In this document: piece by piece, positions 11,501 through 25,700 of the stretch
Layout: each line of letters opens with the position of its first letter
Numbering within the stretch: position 1 is the first letter of the stretch
Assembly (NCBI RefSeq): GCF_002571385.2
Contig: NW_019217867.1
Span: 297,739-361,738 of the forward strand
Source: Stylophora pistillata
Lineage: Eukaryota
DNA length: 64,000 nt
Reading direction: 5' to 3'
The notes under the pieces: model-generated
The model's database searches: none
What the model was told of the DNA's origin: nothing
The model's input: only the letters and a program-made list of their open reading frames with translations
Translations under genes and position numbers: made by a program

Positions 11501-14500
11501 TAGGGGTAGAAATGTCTGGAAATTTCTCGGCTGGTACACCAGTTATTTTAATTAATCACAAAAGTATTTCGCGCGCTCTCTAAAGACTGAAGATTTCTTT
11601 ACCACAAAGAGATACTAAGTTTACAGTGGTAACGATTGAAATATTAATACAAAACTTATTATCGGAGAAATTAGGGTCCTAAAAGCGAGTAAAATTTGAA
11701 AATAAACACAGATACCGTTCAACAATAAGTCAGTCCCTATCACCTTAACTTTTAAAGCTGGAATGTTAGTTGAAAATTCAGAATCAAAGTTTTCCTCTCC
11801 TTTTTTTTTTTCAGATATTTCGTGGCAACAATGATCCCAACACAGTAGTAAAGAATTACCTCCGACATAATATAACAGCATTATGTGTACGTTTTTGGCC
11901 TGAAACGTATTATAATCGCCCTGGATTGAGAGTTGAGTTGTACGGCAGTAAAGGTGACTCAATTCATATTTTCACAACAAATTCAGTTTAGTTTAGTCAG
12001 AATCCAGTTCTTTGATAATTTTTGGGACTATTATAATGGCATCGTTGTCTCCAGGATAGCCATGAAAAGACGAGACTGTCATTCTTAGCGCCGTATGCCA
12101 TTCGTCCTCATTAGTTTCTAGATATACTGGTGGAAAGAGTCATCTGTGCGTAAAGCTTTACTATTCATATACTTAGCGCCAATCTTTCAAACCTTCAATT
12201 CTCATAAAAATCTTTTGAATTAGATTTGTAAGATGAGAGTTATGTCACATTTTCATCCTCCAATGCTCATCAATTACGCGGGATACCACAATAATAGGAT
12301 GTATAGACAAAATTTTCCTAAAGCCTTTTGTAAAATGTGCAGATGTTTGCCAAAACCCTCTTGGCGTGGAGAGCGGAGACTTATCCAATGTACAGTTCAC
12401 TGCATCGAGTCAATCACCAGCTGAAAGTGATGCCTGGAATGGTCGCTTAAACAAGGGGAAGGCCTGGTGCGCGGGAAGAAATGACGATAAACAGTATCTT
12501 CAAGTAGATTTAGGAAGAGTTTATACGGTAGCGCGAGTCGCCACCCAGGGTCATCCTGTCAATCTGCAGTGGGTGATCCGTTATGAAGTGGCTTACAGTA
12601 TGGACAACATATTTTGGAGGAAAGCTCTTGACGAAAGCAAGTCAAAGGTTGGATTTATGATTCATAATAGGTTCAATGATTCAGCACAGGAATAAAATAA
12701 GGACTAACAAACATCCTGGTTAAGAGAAGTATCTCTTGTGCAAGTGGGGTAGCACCGAGTCTAAAGTTTAGTGGTGTCCAACTTTTCTCTCTCTTGGCTC
12801 AGGTGAAAATATGTCTTGTCCAGTCTGACACTATATCTCTTTCCTTCTGTAACATTCTCCTCACTAGAAAATTAATTAACATTCAACGAAAAAAGTTATT
12901 AAATTGCATTAATTAAGACCCACGTTTCCATTCCCTTTATGAAAAGGAAGTTTTTGTCTTATTAATTCCGAATGGTGATGAAGGAGAAATATTATGATTC
13001 ATTAGCGTTTTACGTATCGCCTTACGTCTGCATGTTTTACAGACCCTGAGTGGCAATACAGATCACAACACGGCGAAGGAAGTCCAATTCTACAAACATG
13101 TAACGGGCAGATTCCTGAGATTCCTTCCTGTGGAGTGGAATGAAGCAATCTGCATGAGAGTAGAGGTCTACGGTTGTGAAGGTTCGTGATTCCTGAACAC
13201 AAAGTGGCTCAGTGGTTCGAATCCCGTAAAGGCCTGATTTTTTTTAGGTCTGATTTTCGCTATTGCATAAATAGCGCTCTCTACTGCGAGGATCGTGCAT
13301 CATACGTATGTTTCCGTATGTTACGCAAATTTCTGTTGAAAAGTAAGAGTCTTTTCCCGAGTCTTTTTTTCTGTTGTCTGTTTGGAAACTGCCTTTGCTT
13401 GAATTTCCACACAATGTGATGTGAAATACGAGCCCGAAGTACGTCCTGTATGTACATAAGGGCACATGATCACAATACAATTCCATTATCAGTAGATTAC
13501 GCACATTGCTTACAGTGCATCACGCCATAATCAATGGATGGCCGCTATTCATCTCAGTATCTATGAAAGCTATATCAAAACCTAACATTTAGAAACATTC
13601 CTGGCAATGCGTTTCCCCTAATTATAACAATAACAGTATTTAATGAGGGAACAGACCTGGCAAAAACGGTTTCAGTGGGGTCCCTCCAATTTTGCCGTTT
13701 CATCTGTTATGAATGATATATGATGTTGCTGGACTGTTGGTGTGAGCCAGCTCGATCACCGCGCGCAAACGGGACGCACCAAGAGTCTGATGGGTAACTT
13801 TTATTCGAGGCGATGGTCACTCTTTTCTTAATGACTCATTCAACCCTAAGCAGACGTTCTTAGATATCCTATCGGTAGGCGTGTGTGGACTTACGGGACT
13901 ACTGACCTCGGTTGATTAAATAAAGAAGACCGCTCGTTGAGGACTCTAGGCAAGGTCAGAAGAAAAATCCAAACACAATTGGCGATGGCAATTACTGTCC
14001 GAGAATGAAACCCTATTATAATGGTCAGGGGAAAAATCACTCAAAAGCAAAACTATATTTGTGGTCTTCGTCACATGACAAAACAAGGTTCAGAAGACTC
14101 GTATTAGGACTTCAAGATAACCTAACAAGCCTAAAAAATCCCAAACGCTTTTCCAGAACACTTCTAATTTTAGTAGTTCATCAGTGTCGTCACATTCCGC
14201 CCAATGACTTAATTACTTAGCGCATGTATTTCCAGAATGCGCACATCCAGTTGGTATTGAGCGTGGAGTGGTACCAAATCAAGCCTTTTCAGCCTCGTCA
14301 TGGTATGACGTGGACCATGAGCCTTGGCTGGCAAGACTCTACAGTAGAGACGGCGAGGGAGCCTGGTGCGCACTGGAAAATGATGGGAAACAGTACCTAC
14401 AGGTCGATCTGGCTCAAATACATATCATAACGGGCGTTGCTACTCAAGGAAAGTACGAAACATCTGAATGGGCAATTCGTTTCAGAGCTTGGGTGACAAA

Positions 14501-17500
14501 CTTTAGCTTATCTTTCACTGACGATCATATGCTTTGGGTTAACTACACTGAGGATGGAGTTTCTCCGAAGGTGAGCGTAACTTAGAAATCAAGATCAGAT
14601 TCAAAGATCCATACGAATATAATTTTTAGCAGATAAAATTATCAGCTGTGCTTTGTCTTTGATACCCCTGTCCTGTTTTCCCACATTAAAAAGTGCCATT
14701 CTTGTCTGATATCTGCGTGAAAAGAGAAGTCTGGCTCGTTATACTTGCAGATGCCTTGCAGAGGGGATTTCCTTTCTAGAAGAAAGAGTGTAGGAACAAT
14801 CTTGTATTTTCTAAAATAACATTTGCAAAGTAACTCTTTTTTTCAACCTTTTAGGTCTTTGATGGAAATTCACAGAGCATTCAAGTTATTCGACATACAC
14901 TTTTGAAAAGAATAACTTCTCGACAAATAAGGTTTCTTCCGGTTACGTGGTTTGGATGGACATGCATGCGGGTTGAAGTTTTTGGATGTAAAAGTTAGTA
15001 AGACGTTCTTGAACAAATTTAGTTAGAAGAGTGGGGCGGATTATTACTCCACCCAAAAGGCACCATGGGAGGCCTATATATGTATATCTATGGAACAAGA
15101 GACAAACATTCATGACAATTATTACAATGCCATGTCATTTTTTCATGCAAAAAAATCAAAACTCGTCTTGTTTCGTGGCAGATTACAAGCAAATTACAGT
15201 ACCTTGGTCCACAATAAAAATTGATTGTAACTTCACTGGCGATATAATTAGTTCAGATACATCTAATCGGAGTGGAGTTGACTCCAAAAAAAATAAAATG
15301 AATAGGAAAGACTCGAAAATAAGTATTAACTAGCATTTCAAATTATACTCTGGCTATAAAAGTGCCTGGTGGCCGGGCAATTTTTAAAGAATTTCCGTTA
15401 AGATTTTTTTTGACAAATCTCATGAGGATATAAATATTTGTTGAGAAAAATTTATGTTTTTTTTTTGGTTGATCTTCATTTTACTCAGCTTGCTCTTCTG
15501 CTATTGGCATGGAAGATTTTCACTGGCCATCTGAGTCGATTCTAGTTTCGTCCGTTAATTCTGGACATGATGCTGCAAAAGCCAGACTTTTCAATACATA
15601 CACATGGCTTCGAGGCCATAATGATAAGGACTCTTTTCTGCAAATTGGAAATGGCATAGATGAATAGCGCTTTACTGCTGTTGCAACTCAAGGCCACTCG
15701 ACCATAAAGTCTGCCGTGGTCAAATTCCAATTGTCTTTTTCCAGAGATGGTTTACATTGGTTTTACCACCGAGAGAATGGCGAAGTCAGGGTAAAGAAGT
15801 TTTTATTCCTCTATTTATTTTGTATCCTGGGGCTATATACGACGTGGGGCAGATAAATGTTTGTGATACGTAGGCTACGAAACCCAGTTAGTTTCATTGA
15901 CTGCGCTGATCATGATGAGAAGTCAAGGCTTTATAAAGATCCAGGCACTTCGTGATAACAATTCACGACCGTTTCCACGAAAACAGAGATATATCTAAAT
16001 CTTAATCATTTTATTTGATTTTATGATACTGTAGTTCAATGATATTTTGTCATTGGTATTTTTTTCCCATTAGTTCAAAATATTTTATTTTACTTTATTT
16101 TAGATGTTTATTGGGACGCCGCTCGTCAACACTGTGGCAAAACATTACCTTGAGCGGACTGTCACGGCAAGCTTCGTGCGCTTTTGGCCCAAAGAATGGG
16201 TTGGGAGACCCAATATGCGGGTTGAATTATACGGATGCCAGGGTTAGCTTTTATTTTTCTAGTTTATCACTCTAGTATTGATTATTAAAACTACAAGGTT
16301 GAATTCAGAGAATAACTCTCTTAGCTTTCCAGCATATTAGCTCCAAATTAAAAGCCTTTCCAAGATCTCCCAGCGAACCGACGATGCAAAATGTTCATGT
16401 CTTTCCAGCTGTACTTAGTTTCTTTCTTTAAACTTAATTCTAACAAAAGTTCATACAAATTAAGTAGGTGAATTTTTCTTTTCAGTGTACTCGAGATCTG
16501 TTGATTTCTCAAACCTGACTAGTATGGCAGACGGTTATCCTAATTTTTATACTTGCGACGGATCTGTTTTAACGCCCTGGCACGGACGTTTGGCGATACA
16601 CAACAACTCCCATGATGGCCCCGGATCAGCATGGTGTGCAAAAAGCAATGAAACAAACAACAACCAGTTCCTTCAAATAGATTTGAAAATGACCAAAGTT
16701 ATTCAGGCCATCGCAGTTCAATCTCATTTACCAGGGGACAAATGGGTGAAAACTTTTAGCATTAGTTCCAGTCTTGATGGGCTGTTTTGGAAGCAATACA
16801 CAGAATGGGGAAACGTGAAGGTGAGCTTAAACTGAAGAGAGCATCCAATGTCGTGACGGAAAGAGGTACTCGTGTAAACTTTCAAAAGTGATTTTCATAA
16901 TGCAGGTTACACCTAGCTGTTGTTTTAATAATAACAAGATTACAATACATTTCTCTTCAACAGAGTGAAAAATGTTGGTTTTCCATACCTGAGGAAATAT
17001 TGATTGGAAGTAACCGTATTATGTGATCCTCTGTATAGGTATTTAATGGGAACACACATCGACATAGTTTGGTCAAAGTGAGTATTAAATATAATCTCCG
17101 TGCAAGATATCTTCGTTTTCACCCAAAAACCTGGAACAACCACCCTTGTTTAAGGCTGGAAGTATTTGCTAAAGAAGGTAAGGAATCATGATTTATCACG
17201 AAGGCCATGAGCCACTCCTTGGTTTTTGAATTTTTATGGACCACAGCATCAAATGATCATTTATCAAGGAATAGTACAGTAAACTATGCCATATAGCTAC
17301 CTGTTTTACGCCCATTCGTACGTCGTTCTTCACGTGTTGATGCATGGTCCATCGTTATGAATACAGTGGACGTTCGTAGTAACTTCCCTTTGCCCCAGGA
17401 AATGGGAAAAAAGTGACTGCAGGTTGAAATTAGCACAGAACACAAATTTAACTTTTTGATCACTTTGTGTGATTACTTTGTTGTGGTCAGTGTTCTGTGA

Positions 17501-20500
17501 CTCTATCCATGTAAGCAGATATGAAGTGAGGATCGGAATTAATTTTTCTCTTGCAAGTGGAGAAGAACACGACACCGTAACTCCAATGTGTTAAACTGAC
17601 CATAATATGATACAAGTCTGACAGATATCTTGCCCTTCGGTGCCTTTTCTTTCCAGACTGCATTGATCCCCTGGGAATGGAGAGTGGTCAAATATCTGAT
17701 AAGGATATTACAGCGTCAAGTGCTTTGAGGGTGAATTACGAACCTTGGCTGGCCAGGTTGCACAGTCGGCTAGGAGAAGGTGGATGGTGTGCAGGGGTTT
17801 GTTGGCACTTTAAGCTTTCCTCATAAATAAAAGCTGGGTGTAATAGTCATGAGAAAATCAGGATCTCTTAGAATGATTGCTCTGGTAATTTTAGAGAATA
17901 CGTCGATTCTTGCCACCACAATCCCTTGCGTGATTATCATAGTTGATCGCAGCTGAATTTCTGAAAAGGACGAGTACCAAAGGAAACTTAGCTAGAATGA
18001 AACGAAAGGTGTAAAATGTTAGTTTAGGCCCGAACATGAGACAAAGGCAGATGGTAGACACCATTGAGTTTTGGAACCAATCTGTTGAATTCTCTGTTGA
18101 ATTGAATGCTCAGTCAATACGCCATAAGGAAGGCATTGGGGAGCCTTGCCATGAATTACAAATATGTCGACATAACTAGCGCAGATAGCCCATCTTATTC
18201 TGCTTTAATTTCTCTTTCACCGTTGATTTTCTTTTAAAATATCAATAGTTTTGCTAATACAATACAAGAGTCGGTGTCAAGGTCGAGAAACTCGATGTAT
18301 CATCATATTAATGTCTTCAGAGAAGCGATGAGAATCAATATTTGGAGGTTGATTTGAAACACCCGTACCACGTGAGACGAGTAGCAACGCAAGGAAAGTA
18401 TTCAGTACACGGATGTACTATCCAGGACGCATGGGTTACAAGCTACATGATGCAGTTCAGACGTGATTCACTGGACTGGTGGAACTACACCGAAAATAAC
18501 GCCATAAGGGTAAGGATCCCTTTGTTGCTATAGTTATACATCAGCAAGGACTGAATATAGTATCGTATAGCTCTTTTATTTGTCTTCTAATTCATGGAAG
18601 ATACTGTACTAATCCAATTAGATAAGTTGGTATTCATGTTGCCCTTACACCTTTGCCATNNNNNNNNNNNNNNNNNNNNNNNNNNNNNNNNNNNNNNNNN
18701 NNNNNNNNNNNNNNNNNNNNNNNNNNNNNNNNNNNNNNNNNNNNNNNNNNNNNNNNNNNNNNNNNNNNNNNNNNNNNNNNNNNNNNNNNNNNNNNNNNNN
18801 NNNNNNNNNNNNNNNNNNNNNNNNNNNNNNNNNNNNNNNNNNNNNNNNNNNNNNNNNNNNNNNNNNNNNNNNNNNNNNNNNNNNNNNNNNNNNNNNNNNN
18901 NNNNNNNNNNNNNNNNNNNNNNNNNNNNNNNNNNNNNNNNNNNNNNNNNNNNNNNNNNNNNNNNNNNNNNNNNNNNNNNNNNNNNNNNNNNNNNNNNNNN
19001 NNNNNNNNNNNNNNNNNNNNNNNNNNNNNNNNNNNNNNNNNNNNNNNNNNNNNNNNNNNNNNNNNNNNNNNNNNNNNNNNNNNNNNNNNNNNNNNNNNNN
19101 NNNNNNNNNNNNNNNNNNNNNNNNNNNNNNNNNNNNNNNNNNNNNNNNNNNNNNNNNNNNNNNNNNNNNNNNNNNNNNNNNNNNNNNNNNNNNNNNNNAG
19201 GGGATATCGCGACGTAAACGGTTAATAAATATCCTACTTCAAGTTTCCCAAAGAAAAACTCGCGAGAAAGCAATGGCTTCATGCAATCCGTCGAGAGGAA
19301 GGAAAAAGCTTCAAAGTCTTGGACTCAACCATGGTCTGCTCGCACCATTTTAAAATGGAAGACTTGAAGAAAAGTATTGCGGGCAAAATATGCCTTCAAA
19401 CCAATGCTGTACCTTCGGTATTTCAGTGGCGTACTTCGCTGCGCAAAAAAAGCCTCCACCTCAAAGATTCACTAGTAAAACAACTACTCATCAATCATTC
19501 AGGGATTTATTCATGGTGTGCACACTCGGAAAGCAGCGTAAATGATAAATCGAATGAACAGCTAGAGAGTCAGATTACAACTGTAGAACCTAATGAAAAG
19601 AATGTCGAAAATTAGGCAAAGACAAAAGATGTCGAAACTCAGACCGATTTGGTCGAGTCGAAGGATGCATGCATTCAGAGTGATCAGAGTGTTGTCGCGC
19701 TTGTGAAACAGTATGAAATGAGAATAGAAGAGCTCTAAAGAGAAATAGAAAGCATTTCAAAGAAGAATGAATGTTTAAAAAGTAGACTTTTTCTATTGAA
19801 AGATTTCGCGCCGACAATTCTGCTGTGTCCTGCTACACTTCGTTTCCTAACAACGCTATTTTAATGGAAATCTACAATTATCTAGACCCCAGAGCGTGTT
19901 ATATGATTGTTTTATTCCGCTCTGGTAAACAGAGGCATCTTCTGAAGTGAGTAGTTCCACATACTAGATTCAGAGAATTTGACGGGAACATGTCGTTTAG
20001 CGGCGGAGTGTGAACTTGTGTTGTTTGCCGAGCGCAGTTGTTTTCGTTTAGAATAAAGATTATTGGGATCAGGATCAATGATGTTTTTAACCTTTCCGCT
20101 CTTGATGTATTAAAGTATAAGAAATTAGGTCAATTTAAGTGTAAGTAATCACAATTGACAATTTTCTCAAGCAATCAAAACACCTCGAAGTACGCATCTT
20201 GTGCTCGAAACTAGCCTTGTCACAAGCTTGCTTTTGTCTTTAAACCTTTCGCTGGGTCACCTCTGCCCTTCAACCATAGTCTCAAGTCCTCAGTCTTGAA
20301 TTGTGAGAGATTTCTATCTCCTAAGGAAGCTCCAGGAATGTCATTTTCGGTTAAAAAGCTCGAGGAATTGTGAGAGTTTGTCTAGTCGCGTCGCCATGTG
20401 TTGCCCGGGTGGCCTCGCTTTCGTGAAATTATTCATAACCAGTCTCAGACCTCCATCAGATTTTCCGCCATTATGGCAAAGGTGTATGATGTTGTCATTT

Positions 20501-22674
20501 TTATTTTATGATAATTGCGACCAATTAGGGACCTTGAGCAGTCGGGACGGCAAGGCTGAGGACGAAGTCGGTTGAAAATTTTATATTCTTAGTTAGAATT
20601 TCGCGAATGGCTGGATGTGTTTACCTCCTCGTACTGCCCCACACCTCAACTTCAGTATAACGTATATTATATAAGTTGCGGTGAGTTCCAAATTGAAACT
20701 CAAGTGATTTGTCGTCGGGGTCTCCGTTCTTTCACGCATAGTTTTGGTGATTTCACGTTGTTGTTTTGCAGATGACTGCTAAGAATTGTACAAGGTTTTA
20801 AAACGCAGATGCTGAGTTATCCTTCTGCCCTTTAGATCTTCTGTTTTCCAGAGCCCTTGTTACTGGTAGGAACTATGCGTATCAACTCAAGTTAAAACCA
20901 GTAAAACAATCCATAAACAAAATTCTAGCATGGTTTTTTGGAGCCCCGAGTTGTCATTCCCTTGAGTTCTAGCTTAAATGGTTGGTAAATGCTCACTCTC
21001 CAGGGTGTTAACTTTGTTAGAATATATGGCATTACCGCAACAAAAACCTCAAAGTTTTTTTTATCTAAATTACTATTTAACCAATTTGTATGCAGGATTT
21101 CTCTGGAAATATCAATACCACCCATGTTGTCACTCATCATTTAAAGAACCCTGTCATTGGTCGCTATGTGAGATTTCGTCCTATAAACTGGTTCCGAAGA
21201 ATTTGCATGAGGGTAGAAATATATGGATGCAAAGGTATTTCTTCATATATTTTTAGTAATTAGATGAAACTCACTTCAAAGGCCAACTATATAGTTATTA
21301 TGGTCAGATTGCATTAGTTTCCTATGTCTTCCGTGTCGATAATTTTCTTGATTTTTATTAAGGGTTCACTACCTAGAGTACCTAAACTCAAACATTTTTA
21401 TTTTGTCCTTTATAGTGAATCATCATCAATTTGCGAGAAATTTCTGCGTGACACTGTCAAACTTGCGCGCTTACATTATCGCTTTAAAACCTTGCTTGCG
21501 AACAAAATTTCTGATTTGTCTTTAATCAGTTGAATTCTGAGAAATAATTCATAATTTATCAGCCGGATTTTATCTTATTGTTGTTGTTCAATACAAAATA
21601 GCTCAGGAAATTTCGGATCGGGTTAGTCTTGGGGTTTGTTTTGTTGTCTTTGCAAAAGCACATGAGACGCGAAGGAAAATTAATGGTCTAAGTACTGGCA
21701 GTTTGCAACTATGAATCAAAGCTCATATTAACTAATCCCCCGGAACCGGGCTGAGTGAATGTGTTTTGGCCCTCGATCTAAGTTGTGCGGGCCAAGCTAA
21801 AGCAAGATTCGTGCTGCCACTTGCTAACACTCTCACAGTGTGGCAATCGCTTGGATAGTGAGATATATTTAAAGTCTGTGATATTATGGAACCTTTCTAG
21901 CTCACTCTAAAGCTAAAATAGCCGTTGCTATTGAAATAAGCAACATTATATTTATTCCTTCCGGACCGCCTCAAAACTTTTTCAATGTACTAACTCACCC
22001 AAGCATGTCTATCTATATAGTCTTTCCAATTAGATTCTTAAAGAATAAGCAGAAGTAATAATAATAATAATAATAATAATAATGATAATAATAATAATAT
22101 ATTGATATAGCTCTTTGGCATACAAAGCTCTGCTTTCATGTCCAAATTGAGCACTGTGGGATGAGTCATCGCCGCTAGCATTGTGCATAGCTCACTAGGC
22201 TCTTCTAGTTTGAGCACTCTGGCATGGCTTAGACGATACCACAAATGTGGGATCGTTCGGGGTAACCATATCGGTTCTCTCCCATCCTAGCATCAGCACT
22301 GCACTGATGAGGCCCAGAAGGCCGAAACAGTACTGTCTGCAGTTAGTTATATACATATATATATTTTTAAATGATATAATAACTTTATTTCAAAACTTAA
22401 AACATTACAATAACTTCGCGTAGGTAATGGTTTTTCCTCTCGTACATTTCCAAATTAATTGATACGGAACACATCTGTTAAATTCGGTTCTCTAGGATCA
22501 GACTCGTATCAGACCCAAACTAACTTTGATAACAAAAACGACCTACATATAAAAATCGCGAAAGCAACTACTAGTTCGTATTAAAAGAATTTCAAAAAAC
22601 GTGCATCGAAATTACCCTTAAGAAAGTAAATTACATTAAAAAAATATAGGAGAAGGGAAATGACACTCTTAATC

Positions 22675-22706
<32 letters not shown>

Positions 22707-25700
22707 TAATAATAATAATGATAATAATAATACCTGGTACTCACCCGACAGGCCTAAGCCTATGTATGCGGTTTATATAGCGTCATATAAGGAACCGCGC
22801 AGCCAGTCAGATTGCTGGAAACTCTTTGCTCAGCTCTGAAATTCTACTAAATACATATATTATATCCTGGTACACTTTGACTAGGGTTTGCCCGCAATGA
22901 TGTTGATGTGTACACTGAATTATTTTACCAATAAAGTCTACCTTAATAATAGTGTCGAAACTAATGATAACTACAACAGTGATATTTACAGTGATATTTA
23001 GACTTTTTTATCGTTTCTCCTTCTCATCTGCAGCTTGTTTCCAACCTTTGGGAATGGAAGACTTCTCAATACCGAGCAAGAACGTTGATTCTTCTGTAGC
23101 CTCAAACATATACAACGTAAGACTGAACTATGCACAAAGAAACCAGTTCGTCGGAGGTATGTTACGATTCAGTCACTTATTAGTGACTTTTCCTTGTGTG
23201 CCATTTCTTTTCTTGTTCTTACTCCTTTCTAACGTCATCTGTGATCTATTACTGTACAGCCGCATAGCAATATGGAGGCTATTTTACCAATGGATGGCAA
23301 ATGTTTTTTCTCAGAAGTCACTTTCTTTTCGTTAGGGAACTTAAGTTCACAAACCTTGATGGTTTCAGTTAGTTTTCATACCTACTCGTCTCACTTCTTC
23401 TTCATTAATCCTATAGAGAATGATACATGGGCGTGTGTAGATATGGAATTTCTTTTCGAGTGTTCAACCTCATGGCTCACGAGTGAGACATCGAGTTGAG
23501 CGCGATTTTGATTTCCAAAAGGAATTCTACATAATTGTTTTTGTTGTTGAATAAACATAGTAGGCCTTTATTGACAAGAAAAGTTGGCTTTTATTAATGA
23601 ATGAAAAAAAGGTACCACAATCTGCGGAAAAAAAATTCGTAAAGTGTTGTGAAGTTGTCTATTTTCGTCAGTTCTCAGCCAGGAGAAATGCTATTGCCAA
23701 ACTGTTGGTTTTTTCATAAGTATTTTGGTTTTCTTCAGCTTCTCGAACATTTTGAACGTCACTGCATGTCTGTAAGCGATGCGAATTCTTCAGCGTTGTT
23801 AGCAGCGACAATCCGAGAAAATTTCGATAAACTACCTCGGATTGGGCATAGTGAAGGCTTTCCCATTGATTTACAAACCTGACAAAGTGGCGCGAAGGCG
23901 AGTGACGTGTCAGCAGCTGATTGGCGATGTACAACAAGTGAAAAAGTATCGTAATTCTAACGTGTTCCAATTACGGCTTTTCTAAGGGCTGTAAATCCTT
24001 GTAAAACACAACAGTTTAAATGGTAATACATTTCATATCCACGTGTATTAGCAAGTAGATAAACGAAAAATCGATTATTCCAAGAATCTCTTTGTTCAAA
24101 ATTAGTATTTCTGGACCTTCTCCGTCCGAATGAAATTAGTACATTACATTCAAGTAAGTTTTCATGCTTTTCCTCTTTTTAAAGAATACTGTCTCTTCGT
24201 TCCAGGGCGAGACAAATTTATCTTACAGATCGACTTAGGGCATTTTAAGACTGTCGCTGCAGTCGCTACACAAGGCAGATATCGTGGATCGCATTTTGTT
24301 AGAATCTATCGACTGGCGTTTAGCAGACTTGAGGGTGAATGGTTTTATTACAAAGAAAATGGAGAAGTAAAGGTACCTCACGCCTCATTTTTGAATAACA
24401 GTCATCAAAGTTGCTTCTGTTAGGGCCAATTATGCGTCTGAGAACTTTCATATTCAAAAATGAATCGCCAAATGCGAAGTGATTATTGTTAATTAAATTC
24501 AGTCTGAAAAACTCCACATATCCTTTTTTGAAAAGAGTCACGCCAAAGTTGGTAGCATATTTTGTGCTCTCCAGAATTGAATTTTTCTCTATCACGTTTA
24601 TCATCACTTCCTCAGAAGCATTGACAAAAATGCGAGGCAGTCATTTGGAAATTCAGCACGCCTGCTATAATCAGCTAGCGCGAGGTGAATAGCGAGATCA
24701 TTCCTCGACCAATCAGAGCGCGCACATCTTTAAATCATCGCAACAAATATAATTATTTTTATTCTTTATGTAAAAATCACCTTTCAATCAACTGTTTTTC
24801 TATAAAGGAAATACAAGGCAACACTAATGCTGACGGAACAGTTCTAAAAATCCTGCATTATCAAGTTGTCGCCCGTTATGTCCGTTTTGTGGCAGTAGAG
24901 TGGGTCGATAATGTTTGCTTGAGGGTGGAAATTTACGGTTGCGAAGGTAAATTTACCTGGACGAGTTGTTTTTGTTTCATTCTCTCAGTTTGATTTTTTT
25001 TCCAATTTATCGGTAAAAAATGAACTTGTTTGGTACAATTCTAACCCTAATTCCATAATTTTCATACACTCGAGTACAGGAAAGGCGTAATAAACTCAAT
25101 GTCTGTCTTGTGTATTGATCATTAATTTTTAAAGAATCGAAACAATGTCTCATCTGAAAAAAAGTACTTGGAGGTCATTCTCACCAACTTAGTGAAGAAA
25201 CCTCAGTTTATCTGTAGAAAAGAAAAAATAAGGCGAGAGAGAGAGAAAGAAAGAAGGAGGCGCGCGCACGCGAGAGAGAGAGATCGGCAGTTGAATTGGG
25301 ATGGGAGAAAAAATTTTTTTCACAGTGGTAGTATTAATATCTCTATACTATAATCTTAGCCTGGTCAGATCCCCTTGGAATAGGATCAGGATTAATAAGC
25401 AAAAGCAAAATGACCTCATCCAGTACCTCAGGACCTGGGCATGAGCCATGGTTGGCAAAATTAAATACTGTGTTTGATACCATGGGCTGGTGTGCTGCCC
25501 CTTCTGATACATCACCTTACCTCCAGATAAACATGGGACGAGTTGTATCTCTAACCCAAATCGCGGTGACAGGAAAGAGCGGTAAAGGAATGGTGTGGAA
25601 ATTTAAGTTTTCTTTAAGCGTCGATGGTGGCTTCTGGCGCATTTATAAGACAGTCTCTGGAGAAAAGGTGAGTAACTTAGTTTAGTACTTACTCTCCTCA

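Noticed and set aside
15665-15667. Selenocysteine or alternative genetic code as an explanation for the internal stops
   Set aside because: The stops are TAG and TAA, not TGA, and TAG and TAA terminate other genes in the window normally
18587-19282. Three long ORFs in the ORF track
   Set aside because: Artefacts of the N run
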